Shown here one piece after another: positions 27,917 through 36,582 of a stretch of DNA of 64,000 bases; the stretch's first letter is position 1; each line of letters opens with the position of its first letter. Position numbers and translations under genes: made by a program. The notes beneath the pieces were generated by a model that was not told where the DNA came from, ran no database searches, and was given only the letters and a program-made list of their open reading frames with translations. Origin of the DNA: a virus. The stretch lies in IMG/VR virus record IMGVR_UViG_3300028666_000023, positions 121,104-185,103 of that record. One strand, written 5' to 3'.

Positions 27917-28216
27917 ATGTCAGACATCATCAAAGGCGAGACACTCGCCAAGGGTCAGGTTGTTCTCATCCCGGTTGAAGTTCCCATGGCGTCAGGCCGG
28001 GTACTCGCAGGGTTCGTGTTCATCGCATCGCTCGGCATCCTGGGCGCGGCGGTGGCATACAATGCCGGTCGCGAGGACGGGCAGAACGAAGAGCGTCGCA
28101 TCTTCGAGCGCGAGCTGCAGGCGCGCATGAAAGCAGTCGAGGAGAAAGCCGACGCTCGGGTGGAAGAAATCCGCCGCGAGCGCGGCAGTCCTAGGCAGCA
28201 CGAGGCGCGGACGTGA
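27917..28216 (+). CDS. single-TM coiled-coil protein
   Basis: RBS AAGGAGG; TM helix. Confidence 0.65.
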   Translation: MSDIIKGETLAKGQVVLIPVEVPMASGRVLAGFVFIASLGILGAAVAYNAGREDGQNEERRIFERELQARMKAVEEKADARVEEIRRERGSPRQHEART

Positions 28217-28488
28217 TCTTCATGGTCCTCGCCGCCGGCGCCCTCGTGGGCGTGGTGACGAAGCTGGCGGCACCGGTGCGAAAGCTCCGGGCCGCCACGG
28301 ACATGATGGCGGGGTTGAAACGAGGGGAGATGAAGCAGCCGATGCGTCTCGAGCTGCTGCTGTCCCTCGAGCAGTTCGACCGCCTCATGGGCGATCGCGA
28401 GGTGGAGCTCGCGTTCATCGAGATGTCCGCTCTCAGACGGACGGGCGCAGTACCGGTCTGCCACGAGTGTGGCGGAGCCTGCGTGTGA
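28213..28488 (+). CDS. hypothetical membrane-anchored protein
   Basis: GTGA coupling; CHECG. Confidence 0.55.
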   Translation: MIFMVLAAGALVGVVTKLAAPVRKLRAATDMMAGLKRGEMKQPMRLELLLSLEQFDRLMGDREVELAFIEMSALRRTGAVPVCHECGGACV

Positions 28489-28639
28489 AACACGCGCGGG
28501 ATCGAGGAACAAGAAAGATGTGGGGGTTCTACGGAGGCAACGTGGAAGGAAAAGAACCGTCTCTCAAGCATTCACTTTTCAACGAGCTGCGGGAGGTCGG
28601 TCTGTCGCTGGAAACACCGGAGGCAGACACCCCGAGGCA

Positions 28640-28667
28640 GCAAAAACGCCACGGAAACAGGGATAAG
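28640..28667 (+). promoter_or_regulatory. conserved phage promoter P5
   Basis: GCAAA-N15-GGGATAAG. Confidence 0.65.
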
Positions 28668-28730
28668 AACACTGGAAGGAAAGTAGTTGTGCTTCCAACC
28701 AGGGAAAACAAACAGGAGGAATCAGTCATC

Positions 28731-29018
28731 ATGAACCAGCCCAGCACGAACGAGAACCAGCCGACGTCGACCTCGAGCATCGAGACGGCAGCGGCCAGGA
28801 TCGGTGAGTCCCTGCAATCGGACATGACCCACGCGGTGCGCGAGATGCACACCCTGCGGCGTCGATTCGAAGAGCAGCACTCGCTGAAAGCGGAGTTGAT
28901 CCGCGGTGGCGCCATGTTCGCCTTGATCACCGGTGCGGTGGTCGCGGGCGGCTTGGTCGTCAACAAAGTCATCACGCGCGGTCAGCCGGACTTCCCCGCC
29001 GGCAAACCGACGAAGTGA
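28731..29018 (+). CDS. hypothetical protein with C-terminal TM helix
   Basis: RBS AGGAGG. Confidence 0.65.
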   Translation: MNQPSTNENQPTSTSSIETAAARIGESLQSDMTHAVREMHTLRRRFEEQHSLKAELIRGGAMFALITGAVVAGGLVVNKVITRGQPDFPAGKPTK

Positions 29019-29260
29019 CGGACAAGAAAGAGGCCGCTTCGCGGCGTGCCTCTTTCACTACATCCGGAGGCTCATCCAGAAGAACTACGTGAGAGCCATG
29101 CCATCACGCCTCCAGGCCTCTGACTCTCACTTCGCGCGCGCCCAGCCCCCTCAGTTTTCCACCCGGCTCCTTCCCGTGGTCTTTCCTGAGGGGGTCGGGC
29201 GCGTTTTTAGCTACCGGGCTGGGTCAGATGTTGTTGTCAAGATCGTCATGTTCTTTTTAC

Positions 29261-29289
29261 TTGCAGTACTGATCCCCCGACCGTACTTT
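29261..29289 (+). promoter_or_regulatory. sigma70-like promoter
   Basis: TTGCAG-N17-TACTTT before gene 29316. Confidence 0.5.
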
Positions 29290-29315
29290 TACCTCAAGAA
29301 GAAAGGAGCCCGCCC

Positions 29316-29600
29316 ATGTCTCTCGATCCCGTTCTGTTCGACATCCCCCAGTTCGAGACTGCCAACGAGGCGGTCCTCTTCTGCTACGAGAAGATGCGCG
29401 AGTTCGACATGAAGTCGGAGATGAACCGCATCCGCGGCATGCTCCCCATCAACAAGCCGAGTCTCGCGCGCGCCGTTCTGCGCGAGCTGCTCTTGATGCG
29501 TCCGACCATCAAGCTGCGCGTCGTCGCCACGTACATGGACGTCGCGATCGGGGCGCTTCAACACGCTCTGTCGCAGCCGGTCTTCCTCGCCGCGAGCTGA
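29316..29600 (+). CDS. hypothetical protein
   Basis: RBS AAGGAG. Confidence 0.7.
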   Translation: MSLDPVLFDIPQFETANEAVLFCYEKMREFDMKSEMNRIRGMLPINKPSLARAVLRELLLMRPTIKLRVVATYMDVAIGALQHALSQPVFLAAS

Positions 29601-29623
29601 AACAGCCGCGTGCCGTGTCAGTA

Positions 29624-29651
29624 GCAAACCGGACAGCCTCCAAGGGATAAG
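29624..29651 (+). promoter_or_regulatory. conserved phage promoter P6
   Basis: GCAAA-N15-GGGATAAG followed by TTGGAG. Confidence 0.7.
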
Positions 29652-29691
29652 AGTCTTGGAGAGGATTGATGCCTCTCCAGGAGGCTGCGAC

Positions 29692-30345
29692 ATGCATTGT
29701 TTCGAGCTTGGTCAGACAGTTCAGAAGGGACTGCTGCTTCAACGCGATCCACACGCGTACATCACTACGCCCGAAGGGAGTTGCGCAACTCTCGTTCTGG
29801 CGAAGGACATCAGCGACCCTGCGGACCGCATCCCGAAGTACATCCAGTCCCCCCTACGTCTGAAGTTCGCCGAGATGGAGATCGGCAACGGCGTGATCGT
29901 CCTGAAGAGGGACTACCGTAGGCACCAGCGCCATCGGCACAAGGTGTCCGCGCTCGTGCGTGTGCATACGGCTGGAGGTGCGGGTGGGGTCGCGCGGCTC
30001 CTCGCGAGCTCATTCGACGAGATCGTGCTGGGCAGGAGTCCGAGGGAAGAAGTGGGCAGGAACTACCACAAGTTCCCGCCAGCGGGCGTCCACCCGTTCT
30101 GCGACAACGAGCATCTGAAGAAGGTGCGTGAAGGAGTGGAGATTCTGGACGTGCTTATGCTTATGCAGCCTGGCGCAGGGTTCCGCATTCATCGAACTGG
30201 AGATTTGAAGGACCAGTTCGGGGAGAGCGAGAGCGCGCAGATTGCAGTTCGATGGTCTGGGTACTCGATGACGGCGCGTGGTTACGACGACCGGATTCCT
30301 GTGCTCAATCCCTTGCCGGAGGCGCTGCCGGTGGCAGCAGAATGA
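29692..30345 (+). CDS. hypothetical protein
   Basis: RBS AGGAGG. Confidence 0.65.
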   Translation: MHCFELGQTVQKGLLLQRDPHAYITTPEGSCATLVLAKDISDPADRIPKYIQSPLRLKFAEMEIGNGVIVLKRDYRRHQRHRHKVSALVRVHTAGGAGGVARLLASSFDEIVLGRSPREEVGRNYHKFPPAGVHPFCDNEHLKKVREGVEILDVLMLMQPGAGFRIHRTGDLKDQFGESESAQIAVRWSGYSMTARGYDDRIPVLNPLPEALPVAAE

Positions 30346-30716
30346 TTTTGGGAAGCGGCCTTACTCGAGGAGGCCGCTTCCTTTTTCTTAGCCTCTCTCG
30401 GCTTGCGCTCGGGAGAGAGCCCGTCGATCTTCTTGCCGATCTGCTCGAGGAGCGCGCTGATGGTGCGCCTGCACGGCTCACAGAGGTCGACGAACTCCAC
30501 CTTGCGCGGTACGGCGGGGATGTGGTTCCCAGTTCCGATCGAACCCTCCTCGAGGATGAGCGCAGTGAAGGCGGGAGTCGGTATCGTGCCGGTCCACGTC
30601 TGCGGTTGGAGGTTCGTCACTCCACCGGCGACGGAGAAGCTCGGCTCGAAGATGGGCTTCTCCTCCACGCGCTTGCAGCGATCGCAGTGCACCTTCCGAA
30701 CGTCTTGAGTCGTCAT
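30282..30716 (-). CDS. zinc-binding hypothetical protein
   Basis: CDRC...DLCEPC. Confidence 0.6.
   Translation of the reverse strand: MTTQDVRKVHCDRCKRVEEKPIFEPSFSVAGGVTNLQPQTWTGTIPTPAFTALILEEGSIGTGNHIPAVPRKVEFVDLCEPCRRTISALLEQIGKKIDGLSPERKPREAKKKEAASSSKAASQNHSAATGSASGKGLSTGIRSS
30351..30395 (+). terminator. hairpin + TTTTTCTTAGCCTC
   Basis: GGAAGCGGCCT/AGGCCGCTTCC stem. Confidence 0.7.
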
Positions 30717-30892
30717 GTTCCTTCTCCTTCCACTCCTGGAACCTTCGTTCTGTTCTTCTCGTGCATGAGGAAGTAACAGAAGGTCTTTACGATCGCGCGC
30801 TCCGGGCGCACGATGGGACCGTTGCCCCTCTGCTGGAACCAGGAGTCGAACTCTGCGATGAGTGAGTTGATCTTCTCTTCTTCTGTCGTCAT
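30713..30892 (-). CDS. small hypothetical protein
   Basis: GAGGAG RBS; ATGA coupling. Confidence 0.55.
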   Translation of the reverse strand: MTTEEEKINSLIAEFDSWFQQRGNGPIVRPERAIVKTFCYFLMHEKNRTKVPGVEGEGT

Positions 30893-31298
30893 GGACTCCT
30901 CGATTCGAAAGGCCTCAGCGGCCGACCTCGAGCGCCTCGTGGAACTCGAGGGGATGTTGTTCGACAACGCCCTCAGCGAGCGCCGCTTCGAGCTCGAGAT
31001 GTCGCTCGGCGCCTGCTACGTGATCGGCACACCCGTCGTCGCTTACGCGCTCGTGCGCCCCGACGGTCCCGCGCTCCTCGACCTGATGCGCCTCGGCGTT
31101 CTGCCGACGCGACAGGGAGAAGGACTGGGGAAGAGACTCCTGCAGCATGTCCTCGCGCTCGGGAAGTCGGTCGTGCTCACCGTGCTCAAAGAGAACGCGC
31201 GGGCGCGCGCTCTCTACAAGGCACACGGGTTCAAGACCGTGGGCGTGTTACCCTCGGGGGTCGCGCTGGTGCAGCTTTGTCCATCGGCGAACGGGTGA
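30891..31298 (+). CDS. GNAT acetyltransferase (RimI-like)
   Basis: LGVLPTRQGEGLGKRLL; LTVLKENARARALYKAHGF. Confidence 0.85.
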   Translation: MDSSIRKASAADLERLVELEGMLFDNALSERRFELEMSLGACYVIGTPVVAYALVRPDGPALLDLMRLGVLPTRQGEGLGKRLLQHVLALGKSVVLTVLKENARARALYKAHGFKTVGVLPSGVALVQLCPSANG

Positions 31299-31464
31299 AC
31301 TGCGCGCCGCAGCCCTGGCACTGGTGGACTTCTTTGCCGTTGGGAAGACGGACGGGGATCGCGAGGCGCTGACACTTCATGCAGCGGATGCGGGCGACAC
31401 CGCCCTCCTGCTGCTTGGTGATGACGTTGCCCTTGGCGTCGCGCGTGCCGCGGATGATTTTCAT
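31231..31464 (-). CDS. Zn-ribbon protein
   Basis: CMKC...CQGCG. Confidence 0.55.
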   Translation of the reverse strand: MKIIRGTRDAKGNVITKQQEGGVARIRCMKCQRLAIPVRLPNGKEVHQCQGCGAQFTRSPMDKAAPARPPRVTRPRS

Positions 31465-31853
31465 GGCCCATCGCCTCCGAAGATGACCGGTGCGTCCTCG
31501 TCGGGCGACACGATGGTCTTTGTGGGGGGAGTCGGGGCGGCGGCTTGCTCTTCCTTCGCGCCGAGCTCCTTCAAGTACTGCTGCAAGTAGTAGCCGAAGT
31601 CGACCCGGCCGTCCTTGGATTCGACGAGGCCGTGACCGTGGCTGTGCAGCGTCGAGATGACCTCCTCGAGGACGTTCACCTTGATCTCCAACACCTTCAT
31701 GGTGTCCGAGAAGATCTGCGTGTTCTTGTCGAGCGCAGACTCGAGCTTGCTGACTCGCCTACTCAGCGCCTCGATCTGGAGATCCTGATTGGTCTTGCGA
31801 GACCTTCTTTCGGCGCCGACGGCGCCGCGGTTCTTTTTCTTGCTCTCCGGCAT
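31461..31853 (-). CDS. coiled-coil hypothetical protein
   Basis: RBS AGGAG. Confidence 0.6.
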   Translation of the reverse strand: MPESKKKNRGAVGAERRSRKTNQDLQIEALSRRVSKLESALDKNTQIFSDTMKVLEIKVNVLEEVISTLHSHGHGLVESKDGRVDFGYYLQQYLKELGAKEEQAAAPTPPTKTIVSPDEDAPVIFGGDGP

Positions 31854-32163
31854 TCTCCTGGTTCTCCGCTTTGTGTTCGAGGAAAGGTGGCTTCAACTGG
31901 GATGTCTCCACCCAGTGGAAGCGCTCCAACTGCCCGCGGAGAGATGCCTCCCACGCCTGCAGCTGCTCGAGCCTTTCCCTCAACGAGTCCTGCGTAACCT
32001 CACTCTCCATGCGAGAGAGGTACGCGCTGTGCAGCACTTCCTTCGGTGACGAACCATCGCTGACGAGGTCCGACAACGTCTTGCGCATCATCCACTCGAC
32101 GAACTCGTGCTCCAACGCAAGGGAGCGAAAGGTTCGGGGGGTTGACTGTTGTTCTGCGCTCAT
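31759..32163 (-). CDS. hypothetical protein
   Basis: Fills gap; 3' overlap with next gene. Confidence 0.45.
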   Translation of the reverse strand: MSAEQQSTPRTFRSLALEHEFVEWMMRKTLSDLVSDGSSPKEVLHSAYLSRMESEVTQDSLRERLEQLQAWEASLRGQLERFHWVETSQLKPPFLEHKAENQENAGEQEKEPRRRRRRKKVSQDQSGSPDRGAE

Positions 32164-32182
32164 GGGCGTTTCCCAGCATACC

Positions 32183-32848
32183 TCAGGCCGTAAGGAGGGA
32201 GTAGAACCGTTTCTCGAGGTCGGCTCCGTTGGCCGTGTCCTTGATGATGTTCCTGAGCGGGTAGATGATCAAGTCCCGTTTCGTACGGACCTTCGCCAGC
32301 TGCTCTCCGCCCAGCTGACGCTGCTGCTCGAGCGTCGCGGCGACGCGGAGATCTTTACGCGGTTGCTTCACGTAGATGTCCGCCGAGTTCTTCAGACGCG
32401 CGAAGTACTTCACGAGGAGTTGCGCCCAGCCCTGCATCGTGAGAACCGCGAGCACCTCGCCGTGCACTTGATCTCCCTTCCACACGCGTTTGCAATCCGG
32501 GCAAACGAGATGGCCGTAGCCCTGCGAGCTGCCGCCGATGATGCCGCTGCACGTGCCCATCTTGAGCTTCGTTGCCGGGCACTCGTAGACCTTCTCGTCA
32601 CCGCCGCCGTGAAGCTTCGAGCCCGACTCCCAGAGGGAGAGAGCGCCAGGGAACGCCTTGTGAATGGAGCGGCGGTAGCTGAAGAAGAGCTCGATCTTGT
32701 ACTTCGCGAGTCCTTGCGTCTCGAGGAGCTTGTCGAGCGCCGCCTTCGACTTCTCGAGTTTGTCCTTGTCCTCATCGCTGAGGACTGGGGCGTTCTCGAT
32801 GGAGTTGTCCTCTCCCCACTTGATCTCGCTGGAAACCTTCGGCATCAC
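32183..32848 (-). CDS. zinc-binding phage hypothetical protein
   Basis: LHGGGDEKVYECP...CPDC. Confidence 0.7.
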   Translation of the reverse strand: MMPKVSSEIKWGEDNSIENAPVLSDEDKDKLEKSKAALDKLLETQGLAKYKIELFFSYRRSIHKAFPGALSLWESGSKLHGGGDEKVYECPATKLKMGTCSGIIGGSSQGYGHLVCPDCKRVWKGDQVHGEVLAVLTMQGWAQLLVKYFARLKNSADIYVKQPRKDLRVAATLEQQRQLGGEQLAKVRTKRDLIIYPLRNIIKDTANGADLEKRFYSLLTA

Positions 32849-33318
32849 CCACCCGCGTTCTTCTGTGCAACCGCCAGCGGTCCAACGGGAACCGAACCCG
32901 ACGCGCCCGCGCCGCGCGCGCCGCCCGCGGTGCTGTTCCGATGCGCCTTCGAACCAGGCATCGGCATCTCGGTCACCTCGGTGCGCGCCGTAGCCGGCGC
33001 CGTCTGGATGATGTTCACGACGTCGGCGAAGTACTGCGCGACGTTCTCACCTTGGAGGATGATGCGCCAGCCGAAGACGAGCGGACTGTCTTCCGTCTTG
33101 ATGAAGAAGTCCTTCGAGATGTCGATCGTCCACGGACGCCTGAAGGCTGCCTTGAGGAGGCGGTGCATCACGAGCTGCCAATTGCCCATGTTGCGGCCGT
33201 CGTTGCCAAGGCGGATGCGCCCCATGATGCGCAGGCGGTTCGGCTCCTCGGTCTCGATGACCATTTCGTAGCCGCACTTCTGGAAGAGGGCTTGGTAGAT
33301 GTCGTTGCGCGTTGTCAT
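32845..33318 (-). CDS. hypothetical protein
   Basis: Coupled on both sides. Confidence 0.65.
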   Translation of the reverse strand: MTTRNDIYQALFQKCGYEMVIETEEPNRLRIMGRIRLGNDGRNMGNWQLVMHRLLKAAFRRPWTIDISKDFFIKTEDSPLVFGWRIILQGENVAQYFADVVNIIQTAPATARTEVTEMPMPGSKAHRNSTAGGARGAGASGSVPVGPLAVAQKNAGG

Positions 33319-33803
33319 GAGGGGGCTCCGGGCTCCTCGGTGGAGGCGTGACAGATCATGAAGGCCTTCGTCTCATCGAAGAAGAGCTCGCGTACGCGGT
33401 CGAAGAAGACGCGCACGCCAGCGCTCTGAAGGAACGAGCTGCCGTTGGTGAGCAACGCTTCGATCGATTCGCCGCGCCACGGGATGATGTATTCCCCGAG
33501 CTTGGTCTTACCGAACGTGACGTTGAAGTCCGTCACCACTCCCTCGTCTTCGACGTGCATGACGCCAGCGGTCGACGTCTCGAAGTACTGCTTGAGAGCG
33601 TCGAGGTCCGTCTCGCGAACCACGACGTAGCCCTCGCTCTCGATCGCCGTCGCAATGATCGTCGCGCACGTGTCGAGATCCTTCGGCTCTTCGGTCTCCG
33701 CGTCCGTGGGGATGACCGGGCTGAAGCGCTTCATCTCGGCGAGCGTCTCCTTGCTGATGAGACCGGTCTTGAGGACTGCTTCGATCATGGGCTTAGAGGA
33801 CAT
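33315..33803 (-). CDS. hypothetical protein
   Basis: Packing. Confidence 0.6.
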   Translation of the reverse strand: MSSKPMIEAVLKTGLISKETLAEMKRFSPVIPTDAETEEPKDLDTCATIIATAIESEGYVVVRETDLDALKQYFETSTAGVMHVEDEGVVTDFNVTFGKTKLGEYIIPWRGESIEALLTNGSSFLQSAGVRVFFDRVRELFFDETKAFMICHASTEEPGAPS

Positions 33804-34347
33804 TCGGTACCTGGGGGAGCTTGGGGATGCACAACTTGTAGGCTTTCTGCGTGTCGATGAGAGCCGCGTCTCTCGAGAAGCCCGCGCAGAGGATGAGCGT
33901 CTCGTCCTCGATGAGGCGGTCGCTCCAGAACGGAAGACCGAGCAGCGCGTCTCGATCAACGATGGAGCGCGACGTACTCTCTGCCATCCACGCCCAGACG
34001 TTCGAGTTCGGACTGCCGGCGAAGCCGCAGGGGTGGAGCTTGTCGTCGGAGGCGAGCGCGAAGAGCTGACAGAGCGCGACGGCTGCGTTGATCGACGGCG
34101 TCGGGAACTCCATCACGCGGCTGTTACGGATGACCGCGTAGGGCTCCAGCGTTTCGAAGTCCATCTGGAGCTCCTGCACTGGCGCGTCCTTCGGGGTGAA
34201 GAAGCGGTACGAGACTTCTCCCTTGCCGGAGATCTCAATCTTCTGCACGTTCGGCAGCTTCAAGATTGCGCGGATGGCGTGCAGGAAGCCGTCGAGCCCC
34301 GTCGACTTCGGGACTTCGATCTTCTCGTTGTGCTCCTGGTAATCCAT
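33793..34347 (-). CDS. hypothetical protein
   Basis: TGATG coupling. Confidence 0.65.
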   Translation of the reverse strand: MDYQEHNEKIEVPKSTGLDGFLHAIRAILKLPNVQKIEISGKGEVSYRFFTPKDAPVQELQMDFETLEPYAVIRNSRVMEFPTPSINAAVALCQLFALASDDKLHPCGFAGSPNSNVWAWMAESTSRSIVDRDALLGLPFWSDRLIEDETLILCAGFSRDAALIDTQKAYKLCIPKLPQVPNVL

Positions 34348-34550
34348 CAAATCTGCTCCGGCTCTGGGATCGCCTCGTCCTCGAAGCGCAGCCCGTTTTG
34401 CACGTGCTCGCTGTTCTTCTCCCCCACGACCCACTCCGAAAGCAGCGACGCTACGACGGACGCGACGGAGACGCCTTTCTTCTTGGCGTACTTCTTCGCG
34501 TCCTCGAGCAGCGCTGCCTCGAGGCGGACGTTGAGGCGAGCGTCACGCAT
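34347..34550 (-). CDS. ribbon-helix-helix DNA-binding protein
   Basis: RLNVRLEAALLEDAKKYAKKKGVSVASVV. Confidence 0.7.
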   Translation of the reverse strand: MRDARLNVRLEAALLEDAKKYAKKKGVSVASVVASLLSEWVVGEKNSEHVQNGLRFEDEAIPEPEQI

Positions 34551-34800
34551 CTTGGACGAACTTCAGCGCATCGAGGTAGTCCCGCAACCCGGGGATGCCC
34601 CCGTACCTCTGGCAGAGGAAGTCGATGACCTCGTCGTGGGCCCAGTCCAACGTGTCATCGTCCATCGTCTTGCCGACGAGCTTGGGGCCCATGTGCTTCT
34701 CGATCTCCTTCTTGACGGTGGAGTCGAGCCCGATGAACGTCGGCGCCCACATGAAGTTGAACTCGACTTCGCCTGGGCCGGTGCGCGTGATGAGGCGCAT
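34543..34800 (-). CDS. hypothetical protein
   Basis: AAGGAG RBS; coupling. Confidence 0.65.
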   Translation of the reverse strand: MRLITRTGPGEVEFNFMWAPTFIGLDSTVKKEIEKHMGPKLVGKTMDDDTLDWAHDEVIDFLCQRYGGIPGLRDYLDALKFVQDA

Positions 34801-35180
34801 CAGTGCGTCTCCTTCGACGTCGTTCCGAGGATGTTCTTCACGAAGTCGGTTTCGAGAACCTGCGCTCGATCTTCGTCTCCGGGCTCGAGGCGAGCGCGGG
34901 GGGAAGGCGGGGTGCCACGCAGCTTCGGCAACGTAGTCGTGAGCCACCGGTCTTCGTGCGCCCCCCGCTCGGCTTCCGAAAGACGTTCCCACTGCTGGCG
35001 GCGGTACTCGAGAACAAGCGCGTGGACGCGCAGACCCACCCAAGCGAACGCGCGACGCCACCATGACTTGCGGAAAGCGGCTTCGTGTTTCTCCCGGAGC
35101 ATGACGCGCATGCGATTCACCGCGGAGCTCAACTGCCGCGTGACCTCCGCCTCGATATACTGTCTCGTCTGATCGTCCAT
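34800..35180 (-). CDS. hypothetical protein
   Basis: Packing. Confidence 0.6.
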   Translation of the reverse strand: MDDQTRQYIEAEVTRQLSSAVNRMRVMLREKHEAAFRKSWWRRAFAWVGLRVHALVLEYRRQQWERLSEAERGAHEDRWLTTTLPKLRGTPPSPRARLEPGDEDRAQVLETDFVKNILGTTSKETH

Positions 35181-35181
35181 G

Positions 35182-35514
35182 TCAGTCCTCGATGATCTCG
35201 TAGAGGATGTCCCGCTCTTGGATGAGGGCGATGTCCTTGTCGATCTGCTGCAGGACGCGCTGGAGCGTCTTGCCGTTCAACGTCTCGAAGTTCGCGCGGA
35301 AGAACGCGACCTTCATCCCCGGCGTCGCCTCCATCGGGATGATCTTCCCCTTCTTGGAGGTGCGGCCCGGACCCGTCTCCACGATGACGCCTGTTCGCAC
35401 CGCGTCCTCCTGACTCGGCGGAACCCAGAGCTCTCCCGTCTTGGGCTCCGGAGGCTGGTCCAGCTTCACGACGATCCAGTCGTTGCGCGGGCGGACGGAG
35501 GAAGTGGCATTCAT
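35182..35514 (-). CDS. groES: co-chaperonin GroES-like
   Basis: VRPRNDWIVVK...G.IVETGPG...IQERDIL. Confidence 0.85.
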   Translation of the reverse strand: MNATSSVRPRNDWIVVKLDQPPEPKTGELWVPPSQEDAVRTGVIVETGPGRTSKKGKIIPMEATPGMKVAFFRANFETLNGKTLQRVLQQIDKDIALIQERDILYEIIED

Positions 35515-35870
35515 CCGATGTCCACCGAGTCGGTCGCCGGAATGTCCTTCGGATCGACGGGCGCAGCGTCTGCCTTGAGCTTCTCTTGGATCTTGGAGAG
35601 CGCCTGCGCGAGCCACGTGTTCGGCGCGAGCGGCTTGAGCGTCGCGGCGAAGTTCTCCCCATTCGGCGGGAGGTACCACGTGCCGCTGGAGTCGAGCAGC
35701 GCGACGGTGCGGTGCTTGTTGCCTGCATCGTCCACGTACTCGATGGCGACGTTCTTCATCTCCATGTAGCCCGTCACCGAACGCGGCTGACCCGTGCCGG
35801 GCGAGAGCTGCCCCATCGGAATCCCCACGCCCACCGACCGCGCGCCCGCACCGCTTTCCATGTTAGACAT
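35511..35870 (-). CDS. hypothetical protein
   Basis: AAGGAG RBS. Confidence 0.6.
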   Translation of the reverse strand: MSNMESGAGARSVGVGIPMGQLSPGTGQPRSVTGYMEMKNVAIEYVDDAGNKHRTVALLDSSGTWYLPPNGENFAATLKPLAPNTWLAQALSKIQEKLKADAAPVDPKDIPATDSVDIG

Positions 35871-36582
35871 CGTCTTTCTCCTTGTTGTACTTGTCGAACT
35901 TGAGTTGTAGTTCCCGACGCCCAATCCAGGGACGGCCTTCGTTCCAGGGCCGCGGGAAGTAGAACGCTTCGAGCGTCGTGCGCTCCAGCAAGTAGCGCGT
36001 GCTGACGGAGCCCCAGCGCTCCCAACAGCGCACGAGGATGCGGCACTTGCACTTCTTCGCACATGCGAACGCTGTGCTGAAGATCTCCCCCACGCGGTCG
36101 GGGTCAGCCAAGAGGCCCGGTGTGGTGAAGGGGCTCCAGAAGCCGCAGCCTGGGCACTCGAGCTCGTGCGCGCGCACGCGGAAGTAGAGATCGTCGCCGA
36201 AAGCCTCTGCGAGGACATCGGTGCCGATATGGAGGGGGGCTGGAACGATCGGCACGTCGCGTTGTTTCGCGCGCCGCTCCGCCGTCGAAGGGCTCGCGGT
36301 GGTGTACGTCATCGCCGACACGGCGGCGACGGGGTCGTTGCGAATCAGCGCCACCGTCTCGGGGTCGAGCTTGTAGGGGACGAGGCCCTCTCGGTCGGTG
36401 CGCTCGATGAAGACGTCGACCTCGGGGAAGTGGCGGAGCTCGTCGCAGAGCCGGGAGATCATTTGCGGGAAGGACATGCCGGTGAAGCCACGCGTGTAGC
36501 GAACCACGCCGCCCTCTGACATGAGGATGCCACTCGAGGTCTCGGCGCCAGCGTCGCGCTTGTAGGAGAGGGTGATTTTCAC
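35863..36582 (-). CDS. Cys-rich hypothetical protein
   Basis: GTGA coupling; CPGCG. Confidence 0.6.
   Translation of the reverse strand: MKITLSYKRDAGAETSSGILMSEGGVVRYTRGFTGMSFPQMISRLCDELRHFPEVDVFIERTDREGLVPYKLDPETVALIRNDPVAAVSAMTYTTASPSTAERRAKQRDVPIVPAPLHIGTDVLAEAFGDDLYFRVRAHELECPGCGFWSPFTTPGLLADPDRVGEIFSTAFACAKKCKCRILVRCWERWGSVSTRYLLERTTLEAFYFPRPWNEGRPWIGRRELQLKFDKYNKEKDDV

Noticed and set aside
28486-28513. Seventh cassette promoter TGAAA-N15-GGAACAAG
   Set aside because: Mismatches in both boxes; it may be a decayed copy but is too weak to call.
26324-29651. Cassette boundary repeats read as a CRISPR array or integron attC sites
   Set aside because: Spacing is gene-sized and irregular, no GTTRRRY/RYYYAAC cores were noticed, and there is no cas or integrase gene in the window.
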